64,000 nucleotides of DNA from an uncultured Bacilli bacterium (GCA_947623685.1 CANQHF010000001.1:19619-83618); one strand, 5' to 3'. Shown: positions 18,630-28,251, numbered from the stretch's first letter. Notes: a model not told the origin generated them from the sequence alone. Numbers and translations: made by a program.

Positions 18630-20900
18630 TCAATTAACAACATCACTTAATTTTTCTTTATTAATTACAACGGATTTTTTATACGATATTAAAGCATCTA
18701 TTATTTGATTTTCAATATCCTTTTCCATTTGCTTAATTACGTTTTCAAAATCATTACTAGTTCTTGCTTTATCCAAAACCATATTTTTATAATCTTTAGT
18801 TACTTTAACATTTATATTAGGATATGTTTTTATTATAGTATCTAACTTATTTAATATTATTTTATTTTTATCATCATCATTTATTTCCTTTAATTTTACT
18901 TTTAATAAAACACTATCAAGAAATTGTTTAGGTAAAAATGATAAATCTAATTTTCGGTTACTTTCAAATCCAACTGGATTATTTTCATTTTTTATCGTGG
19001 AAGTAAAGATGATAAAAGTATTTGTAAAATCTATTTTTTTACCACTTGCATCTTCTATTATTCCCGTTTTTAATATCCTTAAAAATAAGTTTTGCACTTC
19101 TTTAGATGCCATCTCAAAATTATCAACTAAAATCGCCGCCGACGGATTGGTTCTTATCTTTTCAAAAACGTGATTTTTATTATCATAACCTATGTATCCA
19201 GCGGTAGTACCAATTAATTTTGTTATAGTATGATACTCTTTATATTCAGATAAATCTATTTTTATAATATTTGACTTATCCGTAACTTCATTTAAAAAAG
19301 TAGTTGCAAGCAAAGTCTTTCCAGAAGATGAAGGACCCGTAATTAAAATGCTATATACTTTTTTATTTTTAGACAACTCTTTTCTTTTTAAAAAATCAAC
19401 CATGTTTTTTATTACTTCATCTTGACCAATTATAGTACTATTTAATTTCTTTTTTAGTTGTTCATAAAACTTTTTTCTTTCATCACTAATTCCCATTATT
19501 TTTATATTACCTTTGTTTTTAATAACTTCTAAAATATCATCTTTAGTTACTTCTTTAGTTCCCATAGTTATTTTATCTAATTCATTTAATAACTCATTTT
19601 CATTATATTTTAGTTCATACGCTTTTTTAAAATCACCTTGCGTTATAGCCTTAATTTTATCCTTTTTAATTATTTCTATTTCTTTTTTAATCCGATTATA
19701 ATTCTTTTCTTCTATACTTTCCATAATTGATACTTTAGCACAAACTTCATCTAAAACATCAATTGATCTATCTGGTTCAAACCTATTTATTAAATATTTT
19801 TCTGATAGTGATACAATGCTATTAATTAACTCATCACTTATTTTAATATTATGATATTTTTCATATAATGGTTTAATTTCATTTAATATTTTTATAACGT
19901 TTTTCTTACTAGGTTCTTCAATAATAACATTTTGAAATCTTCTTGATAAAGCGGTATCAGGCTCAATATATTTTTTATATTCATCCATCGTTGTTGCCCC
20001 TATTACTCTTATTGCACCCCTTGCTAAAGCAGGTTTAAAAATATTAGAAGCATCAATTGCACCTTCTGCACCACCTGCACCTACCATGGTATGTATTTCA
20101 TCAATAAACAAAATAATATCTTTGTTTTCTTCAAGTTCTTTTATTAAAGTTTTCATCTTTTCTTCAAACTCACCACGGTATTTTGTTCCAGAAACAAGTG
20201 AAAAAATATTTAAAGAAATTATTCTCTTACCCTTTAAAAACCTTGGGCACTTACCACTTGCTATCATATTTGCAATACCTTCTACAATTGCCGTTTTTCC
20301 AACTCCTGCTGGACCAATTAAAATTGGATTATTCTTTTTTCTTCTTAACAATATTTCAATTGTTTTTTCTATTTCTAAATCTCTTGCTATAACTGGATCT
20401 AGTTTCTTTTCTTTCGCTTGTTTTGTTAAATCAGATCCTATTTCTTCTAATAATAGTTTTTTCTTATGATTTACCTTTGATGTTCCTTTTTTCTTTAGAT
20501 CATAATATAATTTATCAACGTTAACATTAAGAGCATTTAAAATACTATATGCAACACCGTTTTCTTCATCCAATATAGAAATAATAATTATCTCCGGATT
20601 TATAATCTTATTATTTTCTTCTCTGGCTTGTATAACAGCATTTTCCAACACTCTTTTAAAAAGTGGTGTATATAAAACAAAATCACTTCTTTTACTTCCT
20701 ACACCAACCAAGCTAATTAACTTTTCCTTAAATCTATCGTAAGTTATTTTATGTTTTTTAAATATTTCCTTTAGTCTGCTATCTTTAAGCACTGATAAAA
20801 AAAGATGTTCACTACCAACATAAGGATGTTTTAACTCATCTTTTTCTCTTTCGGCTTGCTTTAAAATATGTCTTGTTTCTTCACTAAAATTAACAAACAT
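18630..20900 (-). CDS. Clp-family AAA+ ATPase (ClpC/ClpE-like)
   Basis: 756 aa with an N-terminal Clp_N repeat and two nucleotide-binding domains (GPAGVGKTAI and GPSSSGKT Walker A). Confidence 0.7.
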   Translation of the reverse strand: MFVNFSEETRHILKQAEREKDELKHPYVGSEHLFLSVLKDSRLKEIFKKHKITYDRFKEKLISLVGVGSKRSDFVLYTPLFKRVLENAVIQAREENNKIINPEIIIISILDEENGVAYSILNALNVNVDKLYYDLKKKGTSKVNHKKKLLLEEIGSDLTKQAKEKKLDPVIARDLEIEKTIEILLRRKKNNPILIGPAGVGKTAIVEGIANMIASGKCPRFLKGKRIISLNIFSLVSGTKYRGEFEEKMKTLIKELEENKDIILFIDEIHTMVGAGGAEGAIDASNIFKPALARGAIRVIGATTMDEYKKYIEPDTALSRRFQNVIIEEPSKKNVIKILNEIKPLYEKYHNIKISDELINSIVSLSEKYLINRFEPDRSIDVLDEVCAKVSIMESIEEKNYNRIKKEIEIIKKDKIKAITQGDFKKAYELKYNENELLNELDKITMGTKEVTKDDILEVIKNKGNIKIMGISDERKKFYEQLKKKLNSTIIGQDEVIKNMVDFLKRKELSKNKKVYSILITGPSSSGKTLLATTFLNEVTDKSNIIKIDLSEYKEYHTITKLIGTTAGYIGYDNKNHVFEKIRTNPSAAILVDNFEMASKEVQNLFLRILKTGIIEDASGKKIDFTNTFIIFTSTIKNENNPVGFESNRKLDLSFLPKQFLDSVLLKVKLKEINDDDKNKIILNKLDTIIKTYPNINVKVTKDYKNMVLDKARTSNDFENVIKQMEKDIENQIIDALISYKKSVVINKEKLSDVVN

Positions 20901-21033
20901 AAGTAACCCCTTTCTTTAATATCCTATGTTTGTTATGGTATTAATATTTGAATTTGATACAAAAAAATATATAACTTTAATAAAAATATTTATTAAAACA
21001 ACCAAATAAAAAGAATCACAAATTTGTGATTTT

Positions 21034-22683
21034 TTAATCTATTTTATAAGGATTATTAATAGATCCATCTCCATATGTATAAGTTACATCATTTTTTAAT
21101 GATACACTTGGGTTAACACTAGCAGTTTCTTTTAGACGTTTAGAGTCAAATTTACCATTATTAATAACATATCTATAGAACTCATTATTGATATTTTCTT
21201 CAGCAAGTTTCATAGTAAATAACCACATTGGATTACCAGACGTATAAGGTAAATACGATGATGTTGGAGACAAATTAGCACTTATTCCTGCAAGCATCGC
21301 CTCATCTGATGTTAATAATGCTACCGGGTAAGTAATTTTTAGTGTTACTAAATCTGAATTCCACTCGCCGGCAAGACTATACATGGTAATAGGAGCAGTG
21401 CCATATCCTAAATATGGTTTACCATTACTAATCCTAGTATCAGCAGATTGTGAATCAGGATCATAAATAAATTCATTCCATATGGTATCTTCTAATTTAA
21501 GAGTGTATTTTGTCATATTTTGTGAATACCAATTATCTATATAGTTATGTATATCCAAAAAAGGTGTGGAAAAACCATTAAGCATTTCACCACCATAAAA
21601 ATTAGCATCCTCATCTTTATCATATTCAGTATTTCCAATACTTGATATGGCCGAGCATACTCCATTTACTGGTTTCCCACTATAAACTATTTTTATTCCG
21701 CCAGTATCAGTTGTTCTTACTATCTTCCAGCAAAAGTTTGCAAATAATACATTATTATTTAACGTGTTATCTCCCCTATAATAATATATTGGATATTTAT
21801 CACTACTTGTTGATGAAAATTTGTACTTTCCTTGTCCATTAGTACTAGATGATGGTTTTGTAAAATCTATTTTACTATCAGATGTTGCACCATCTTTTAT
21901 GGTAGCATAAAGACTTTTAGGTTTTAATCCCTCAATTACCAAATCACCAGTTACATTTTGGATGGTAAATTGACCATTTTGATATGTATATTGACTACTT
22001 GTTAATGCTTTACCACCTTGCGTTATATTAAATACCGTATAACCAGTACCTATATCTATATTTAATGTATCTTCATCTAATATCTCTGTTGGTAAATTTG
22101 TGAAGGATGCTGATGTTATATTTTTATAAGTTATCTTATGATATGTTCTAAAATCAAATCCTAGATTAAAAGTATAATCTTTTGTCGCTGTAGCAGCATT
22201 ATATTTACCATCTTTATATTTTATTACTATGTCAATTGTTCTTTTAGCGCCCATAGTACATTTTATAGTGCTTAAATTATCACATATTTTAGATTTTTCT
22301 GGAAAAATTGTTGCATATGTTAAATCAGCTGGTAAGACTTCTGCTATATATTTAAAAATGCCAACTTCTACATTTCCTATATTAGTTATTTCTACCTTAT
22401 ATGTTACGGTTGAGTTTGCATTTGGAAGTCTTACGCTTCCGCTTATGTTAGATACGTTATAATCTTCCCAGTTTGATATACCACCATTATTACCTTGTGC
22501 AGTAACATTTGTTACCCTAACATCTTTTTCTACTCTTACTACCGCTTTAATATCTTTCACGTTTAGTTTAGTATTAAATGCTGAATAACCCACGGATATT
22601 AGTAAAGTCATTATTACCATTACGCTTGCTATTATACTTGGCACTTGCAATCTTTTTTGTTTTTTCAACAGAATCATCTCCAC
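21034..22683 (-). CDS. Large secreted protein sharing the family signal peptide and promoter module
   Basis: 549 aa with N-terminus ...LLISVGYSAFNTKLNVK (TasA/SipW-cognate-like) and a Thr/Asn/Gly-rich beta-type ectodomain. The ORF track starts at GTG 22683; in-frame ATG 22677 or TTG 22668 may be the real start. Poly-G promoter module upstream. Confidence 0.7.
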   Translation of the reverse strand: MEMILLKKQKRLQVPSIIASVMVIMTLLISVGYSAFNTKLNVKDIKAVVRVEKDVRVTNVTAQGNNGGISNWEDYNVSNISGSVRLPNANSTVTYKVEITNIGNVEVGIFKYIAEVLPADLTYATIFPEKSKICDNLSTIKCTMGAKRTIDIVIKYKDGKYNAATATKDYTFNLGFDFRTYHKITYKNITSASFTNLPTEILDEDTLNIDIGTGYTVFNITQGGKALTSSQYTYQNGQFTIQNVTGDLVIEGLKPKSLYATIKDGATSDSKIDFTKPSSSTNGQGKYKFSSTSSDKYPIYYYRGDNTLNNNVLFANFCWKIVRTTDTGGIKIVYSGKPVNGVCSAISSIGNTEYDKDEDANFYGGEMLNGFSTPFLDIHNYIDNWYSQNMTKYTLKLEDTIWNEFIYDPDSQSADTRISNGKPYLGYGTAPITMYSLAGEWNSDLVTLKITYPVALLTSDEAMLAGISANLSPTSSYLPYTSGNPMWLFTMKLAEENINNEFYRYVINNGKFDSKRLKETASVNPSVSLKNDVTYTYGDGSINNPYKID

Positions 22684-22699
22684 AATTTTTCAATTTCCT

Positions 22700-22760
22700 A
22701 TGTTAATAATATCACTAACCCCCCCCCGGTCAAGTTTTTTAAAAAATTGTGGAAAACAAA
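22700..22760 (-). promoter_or_regulatory. Family promoter module with G9 tract (C tract 22719-22727)
   Basis: Minus strand reads ...TTGACC-G9-TTAGTGA-TATTATTAAC; the upstream block is slightly diverged (TTTTTTAAAAAA). Confidence 0.55.
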
Positions 22761-22805
22761 TGAAAAGTTGTTTACATATATTTTTTATTATTGTATAATT
22801 TATTT

Positions 22806-22897
22806 AGTGAGAGCAACCTACTAGGTTAGTTTGCTTTCCAAAAAGATTTGGAAAGATACACTTACCCATTTGGGTAAGTGTATCTTTTATTTTTTAC
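22806..22897 (+). ncRNA. Candidate small RNA (possible type I antitoxin)
   Basis: Plus-strand promoter TTTACA(22771-22776)-17 nt-TATAAT(22794-22799). No ORF follows. The transcript ends in a 13-bp perfect hairpin (22855-22884) plus a T-rich tract. It is convergent with a small hydrophobic peptide ORF. Confidence 0.3.
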
Positions 22898-22973
22898 ATA
22901 TTAGTAATACCAAGACGCAAAAAAGTAAAATGATTATTACTTTAAGAAATATTATTTCTTTTTTCATAAGCAT
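22887..22973 (-). CDS. Small hydrophobic peptide (28 aa), candidate type I toxin
   Basis: Reads MLMKKEIIFLKVIIILLFCVLVLLICKK with an AAGAGGGGTGGTG RBS. Below the 60-aa ORF-track cutoff; single TM helix with a lysine-rich C-terminus. Confidence 0.3.
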   Translation of the reverse strand: MLMKKEIIFLKVIIILLFCVLVLLICKK

Positions 22974-23080
22974 CACCACCCCTCTTTTTAAAGGAAAAGT
23001 GGAAAGATAAACCAACCCAATATAAGTTGCCCTCATATTAATATTTAGCCATAACTTTTAAAATCCCCCTAAGTTTTTGA

Positions 23081-23260
23081 AAAAAAATTAAAAAAATATG
23101 CTTTTTTTCTCATTGTTTTAATTTATTATTTATGAATCAGTTGTACTATACGTTAAAGTTATATCGCCAAACATAACATCATCTTTCTTTTATTTACTAT
23201 GTTTATAATATCCCCATACCGGTAGTTTTTTGAAAAATTGTAGAAAACAAAAAACCATAT
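23081..23260 (-). pseudogene. Deletion remnant of a family gene (3' end fused to 5' UTR + degenerate promoter module)
   Basis: 23131-23172 equals the last ~41 nt of the family ORF (..ITLTYSTTDS*), joined directly at a 7-nt microhomology (GATGTTA) to family 5'UTR sequence. The promoter module is degenerate (CCCCATACC; GGTAG for GGTCAAG). The family 3' flank is conserved at 23081-23130. Confidence 0.6.
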
Positions 23261-23301
23261 GAGTTTTATCATATGGTCTTTTTTAATTAAGTCTTTAGAT
23301 T

Positions 23302-24987
23302 TTATACAAGGGCGAATATTATTATTGAAGTAATTATAATAACTACTAACAATGCTAATAATACTTTCCAAATGTATTTAAACCATTTTCCATAAGGAAT
23401 ATCTAGGTAATATAAACCAATTACTAATCCAACTGATGTTGGTGCTATTAACATTACTAGATTATAAATACTTTGCATTATGAATGCTATTACTCCGTAA
23501 TAATCAGTATTAGAAATAGCTGTTGTAAATACTGGGCTTAAAGTTGATACAAAGTAATAGAAATCACCGGTTAACACACTACCAACCAATGATGCAATGG
23601 TTGCGGTTGCTATGTTAAATCCTTTAGACCAAGATAATATCCAATTTGTAATGGTTATATTAATACCAGTTGTTACCATTATTACTAATACAATACTTAT
23701 AAGCATTGCGGTAATTGCTACTGGTAAAACCTTCTTAATTCCAGCTGTTTCAGTTGCAACAAAATCATTAAATTTGATTTTAGATGCTACTGCTATTATA
23801 GCAGTAACTATGAATACAAATATTGAAACATCTGACATTGCCCATGATCCATAAGCATTAATTACACCAGTTGTTGTTCCAAGTGATGCATTTTGTGCTA
23901 CAGGTGCTCCAATTATGTTACTAAATATTGCATAATTACCAATCTTAAGAGTTCCTAACCAAGTATTAAAATCAGTAAATGCGGTAAATTTAGCAAATAG
24001 TGATTCCCAAGGAATAATTGAACCAACTACAAATAATATAAATATTACTAAACTTGTTTTAAATAATACGCAAGTTCTTCTTTCACTATTAACTGGAATT
24101 TTACCTTCTTTATCACTTTTTTCAGTTAATACCGTTATGAATTCTGCAATTGATAAAATAGTTGGAATAAATGTCCAGCAAAATAAAACAGATAATATAC
24201 CAGCTTTTATTTTACCAGCATAAAACTTATTTATACCAATAGTACCAAATAAAATTGTTAAAATAGCATATACAACTTTATTAACTTTTTTATCATTAGT
24301 TTTTGTATTAACTTTTTTTACTGCGTCTTTCTTTTCTTCTTTCTTTGTTACCTTAGATGCTTTTTTATCTGTTTTAGCTTGTTTTACAGCTTTAGCCTTT
24401 CTTGGTGCAACAAAGAATATTAATATTGCTAATGCTATAACCAAAACAATTACTTTAACTAATAGTAACGTATTTAACTCTAGTTTAAGAGCATTAAATA
24501 AAGTGTTATTATAAATTCCACACATTGAACCAACAATAGATGCAATTATCGTTGATGATAAGATTACTTTTTTATCTATTTGTAGTTCTTTCATAACTTT
24601 ATATACGAAAGGAATAAATAAAAGTAAAATCATTGCATCACTTACAACACAAGCTAAAACACCAAAGATAATAATTGTAATTGCAACTAAAAGTCCTTTT
24701 TTATTTTCAAATAATTTAGCAGTTTTTTTAATAAAATTATTATAAACATCTAATTTAGATAAAATAGCATATAAACATGCAGTTGCTATTAAAAATACTA
24801 CTATTTGATTAAAATAAGATATAGAAATACTTAAGTTAGAAAGTAACGACCATATTCCTACAGCAGAAATGGTATCTGCGTTTACGTTTCCACTATAATC
24901 AACGTAAGAGCCAGGTACAAATAAAGTAAGTAACCAAGCTACAAACACGGTTATTGCTAAAACCTTAAATAAATTATATTTTTTCAT
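23302..24987 (-). CDS. YfcC-like polytopic transporter-family membrane protein with inserted TM2 domain
   Basis: 561 aa with ~12 TM helices. A central K-rich linker is followed by a TM2-domain-like segment (ILFGTIGINKFYAGKIKAGILSVLF). Confidence 0.4.
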   Translation of the reverse strand: MKKYNLFKVLAITVFVAWLLTLFVPGSYVDYSGNVNADTISAVGIWSLLSNLSISISYFNQIVVFLIATACLYAILSKLDVYNNFIKKTAKLFENKKGLLVAITIIIFGVLACVVSDAMILLLFIPFVYKVMKELQIDKKVILSSTIIASIVGSMCGIYNNTLFNALKLELNTLLLVKVIVLVIALAILIFFVAPRKAKAVKQAKTDKKASKVTKKEEKKDAVKKVNTKTNDKKVNKVVYAILTILFGTIGINKFYAGKIKAGILSVLFCWTFIPTILSIAEFITVLTEKSDKEGKIPVNSERRTCVLFKTSLVIFILFVVGSIIPWESLFAKFTAFTDFNTWLGTLKIGNYAIFSNIIGAPVAQNASLGTTTGVINAYGSWAMSDVSIFVFIVTAIIAVASKIKFNDFVATETAGIKKVLPVAITAMLISIVLVIMVTTGINITITNWILSWSKGFNIATATIASLVGSVLTGDFYYFVSTLSPVFTTAISNTDYYGVIAFIMQSIYNLVMLIAPTSVGLVIGLYYLDIPYGKWFKYIWKVLLALLVVIIITSIIIFALV

Positions 24988-25059
24988 TTTTCCTCCTTAT
25001 TTATATTTAGTTAAAATTAAAGTATTTGCACCACATACCTAACTTTACCTACACTTTAA

Positions 25060-26046
25060 TTATAACATATTTTTGGTTAAATTTTCCATATATTCACTCA
25101 TTATATTAATAAATTCTTCTTTTGTTTTTATTTCATATAATTTCTTTTTAACGCTAATAGCATTTGGCAAACCCTTAAGATACCATGCTCCGTGGGTTCT
25201 CATCTCAAGAACTGCTACTTTTTCATCTTTTATCTTTAAAAGGTAAGAAAAATGTTTTAAACAAGTTTTTATTTTTTCAGATGGCAACTGATCTTTTAGT
25301 ATTTCATTTGTTTTTAAATACGTAACGATTTGTTTTATAAGATAAGGATTACCTAAACAACCCCTTCCTATCATAACAGCATCACATCCCGTTTGATCAA
25401 TCATTTGTTTTGCATCTTTAACACTTAGTATATCCCCATTTCCAATTACTGGTATTTTAACGTTTTCTTTAACTTCCTTTATTATATTCCAGTCGGAATG
25501 TCCCGAATACCCTTGGCTGCGTGTTCTAGGATGAACAGTAATAGCATCAGCTCCCGCCTTTTCAATTATTTTTGCAACAGCAACGGCATTTATACTATTT
25601 TTATCCCATCCACTACGAATCTTAACCGTTACTGGAACACTAACGGCTTTCTTTACGGCCTTTACTATTTCATAAATTTTTTCTGGGTTTTTTAACAACG
25701 CTGCTCCGGCCTGTGATTTTATTGCAATTTTAGGAACAGGACATCCCATATTTATATCTATTATGTCTGGATGCATCGTTTGTTCAACTATAACAGCCGC
25801 TTTTACAAAACTATCTTTATCACTTCCGAATATTTGCTGCGCAATTGGTCTTTCTTCTTCAGTCATATATAACATATTCTTGGTCTTTTCATTATCATAA
25901 ACAAGTGCTTTATCGCTTACCATTTCAGCAAATAAAAGACCACATCCCATTTCTTTTACTATTTTTCTAAACGCACTGTTACACACTCCAGCCATTGGTG
26001 CTAAACAAACATTTTCTTCTATTTTTACATTACCTATTTTAAACAC
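25060..26046 (-). CDS. dusB: tRNA-dihydrouridine synthase
   Basis: 328 aa TIM-barrel FMN enzyme; motifs LAPMAGV, DINMGCP and the catalytic Cys context. Confidence 0.85.
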   Translation of the reverse strand: MFKIGNVKIEENVCLAPMAGVCNSAFRKIVKEMGCGLLFAEMVSDKALVYDNEKTKNMLYMTEEERPIAQQIFGSDKDSFVKAAVIVEQTMHPDIIDINMGCPVPKIAIKSQAGAALLKNPEKIYEIVKAVKKAVSVPVTVKIRSGWDKNSINAVAVAKIIEKAGADAITVHPRTRSQGYSGHSDWNIIKEVKENVKIPVIGNGDILSVKDAKQMIDQTGCDAVMIGRGCLGNPYLIKQIVTYLKTNEILKDQLPSEKIKTCLKHFSYLLKIKDEKVAVLEMRTHGAWYLKGLPNAISVKKKLYEIKTKEEFINIMSEYMENLTKNML

Positions 26047-26105
26047 GTCATCACTTCCAAACTAAAATAATTATATAATAAAAAGAAACTTTTTTATAGT
26101 TTCTT

Positions 26106-26321
26106 TTAATTTTCCCTTCTAGGATTTTTAGCAAAAGAATATCCTTTAAAATTTTTCTTTACTTTAGAATCAACGTATTTTGGATAGCTTTTACTTTTCT
26201 TTTGTTCGATTTCTTTAATTAGATCAACTAAATCTACTAATTTAGTATTTTGTTGTTTTTCATGATTACTACTATTCATTATACTAATTTTTCCTTTCTT
26301 GTGCTTGTTATTATAACACAA
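26106..26321 (-). CDS. hypothetical small basic protein
   Basis: 71-aa Lys-rich ORF; likely starts at the internal MNSS (26279). Confidence 0.3.
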   Translation of the reverse strand: MCYNNKHKKGKISIMNSSNHEKQQNTKLVDLVDLIKEIEQKKSKSYPKYVDSKVKKNFKGYSFAKNPRREN

Positions 26322-26343
26322 AAATAAAGAAAGTAAACAAAAA

Positions 26344-27585
26344 TTATCTTTTTGATCTTATAAATTTAAGTATTTTCATACCAAAATTAAATAAAGTATA
26401 CCAAAATTTACTTATTACTAAATCATATTCTCCAACTAACTCTAGTACGTTTGGATTAAATTTTGATTTGAAGGTAGAAAGATGGTCTTCTAACGATCCG
26501 TCAACACCACCTAAGTCACAATAATCACAACCATTATCTAAAGCATAGCATAATCTATAAAACATAAGACCATTTGTTATTTTAAGTGATGGTAGTATTT
26601 TTGTGTTAGTTCCAGCATACAAGAAAGAAGCTGTTTTTATACCATTTTTACACGTGGGCATCATAACTATTGTTGCTCCCGCTAACGGCTTTGAACCAAA
26701 TTCCTTTTTTACTTCCATAGCTTCTTTTAATTGTTTTTGGCAAAATTCCTTTTTATCTTCATTTTCTTTCATATCATCTTTTAAGAATTTAATATATTCA
26801 TCTACGTTTATTCTTGCAAAAAACAAAACGGCGTTATCAGGAAAACACTCCATAACCTTTTTAAAATAATTTTCGTTTCTTAAAGCAATGTGCTGCCTTT
26901 GTTCAGTACAGTGAAGAACACTTACTAAATCCTTAACGTCTTTAGGATCAGTTGAATAACTAAATTCTACTCCCCTTTGTTCTTGATATGTTCCTATGTA
27001 ATTTCTAGTGTTTTTAGGAAAAGTTCTTCTTAATTTTTCTTTATCATAAAAATTACCATCTTTATCTTTTAAAGAAATTGCCATTGTATATCTTGGCTGA
27101 ATATATGCGTTTACTTCTTTTTTATATCCACCATGTTTAAAATGCATATCTTCCAAGCATTTAACTATGTCTTTAGTGTTGCTAGTAAAACTTCTTTTTA
27201 TTTCTATTCCCTTTTGTTTTTTTATGTTTTGAATATTATCTTCACTAAAACAAATAAAAGGATCTATCTTAATATCTATTGCACCATTTTTTTTAGCATA
27301 ACTTTTAAGATTCTCAATAAAGAAAGTAAGTAATTTCTTATCTTTATAATCAATTACAAATCCTCTTGGAACATAAAATAATTTTTTTCCAAAAAATAGA
27401 TTTCTTTTTAAAATCATTGCCGTACAAACTAATTTATCATCATCATAAACCCCAACAAAATCATGTTGCCAAGATGATTTAACTTTTGCCCAGCTAGTGG
27501 TTTGCATAAAAGATGTTGATGGATAATTTTTAACAAACTCATCAAACTCTTTACTTTCTATATTTGTTTTAAATTGATATTTCAT
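26344..27585 (-). CDS. FemAB-family peptidoglycan interpeptide bridge aminoacyltransferase
   Basis: 413 aa; size and N-terminal region (TSFMQTTSWAKVK) typical of Fem/FmhB-family proteins. Confidence 0.6.
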   Translation of the reverse strand: MKYQFKTNIESKEFDEFVKNYPSTSFMQTTSWAKVKSSWQHDFVGVYDDDKLVCTAMILKRNLFFGKKLFYVPRGFVIDYKDKKLLTFFIENLKSYAKKNGAIDIKIDPFICFSEDNIQNIKKQKGIEIKRSFTSNTKDIVKCLEDMHFKHGGYKKEVNAYIQPRYTMAISLKDKDGNFYDKEKLRRTFPKNTRNYIGTYQEQRGVEFSYSTDPKDVKDLVSVLHCTEQRQHIALRNENYFKKVMECFPDNAVLFFARINVDEYIKFLKDDMKENEDKKEFCQKQLKEAMEVKKEFGSKPLAGATIVMMPTCKNGIKTASFLYAGTNTKILPSLKITNGLMFYRLCYALDNGCDYCDLGGVDGSLEDHLSTFKSKFNPNVLELVGEYDLVISKFWYTLFNFGMKILKFIRSKR

Positions 27586-27597
27586 ATTATCAGTCCT

Positions 27598-28164
27598 TTA
27601 ATCAGTTATTATTTCTACTATACTGCCATTTTCAATTAAAAAAGCATTTGCATCATCAGTATCCAAATGAACTTCAGACACATAGTTATCTTTTATTCTT
27701 ACGTACACATCATTTAGTATTCCACTTTTTTTGCCTTTTACTAATACGGAAACAAACTTTTTGTCTTTAAGTCCTAATTCTAAAGCTTCTTTAGTTGATA
27801 CGTGTAAATGTCTTGCAGCAATAATTGCAGCGTTTTTAGTTATTTTTGATTTTGGCCCAATTATCGTTATTTTTGCAGCGCCAGTTAAATCTCCAGAACA
27901 TCTTACCGGGGGATTAATTCCTAATTTATAAGCATCCGTTTTTGAAATTTCAACTTGGGTTTTATCTCTTAAAGGCCCTACAATTCTTGCTTTTAGAGTT
28001 TCTTTATTTGGACCTTCTAAAACAACTAAAGAAGTAGATGCATACTCACCCTTTTGTGATAAATCATTTTTTTTAGTTAACTTATAATCATCTCCAAACA
28101 AAGTTTTTAAATCTTCATAATTAAGATGAACGTGTCTTGCACTAACACCAACTTTTACTTTCAT
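27598..28164 (-). CDS. pduL: Phosphate propanoyltransferase PduL-like
   Basis: 188 aa with duplicated GVSARHVHL... / ARHLHVS PduL repeats. Confidence 0.6.
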   Translation of the reverse strand: MKVKVGVSARHVHLNYEDLKTLFGDDYKLTKKNDLSQKGEYASTSLVVLEGPNKETLKARIVGPLRDKTQVEISKTDAYKLGINPPVRCSGDLTGAAKITIIGPKSKITKNAAIIAARHLHVSTKEALELGLKDKKFVSVLVKGKKSGILNDVYVRIKDNYVSEVHLDTDDANAFLIENGSIVEIITD

Positions 28165-28251
28165 AGCTTATCTCCTACTTTTAATTATAACATGTATAAA
28201 TATTTTTATTCAATCATATATTTAAATGAATTATAAAAAAGGAGATTATAT

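Noticed and set aside
22741-23100. Region between large paralog and cassette fossil considered as a mobile element insertion
   Set aside because: No transposase or integrase ORF, and no terminal inverted repeats. It is better explained by a small peptide gene plus a convergent sRNA.
23159-23371. 70-aa minus-strand ORF in the ORF track
   Set aside because: It spans the cassette fossil and its degenerate promoter module. The reading frame is an accident of the fused remnant, and it overlaps the N-terminus of the YfcC-like gene.
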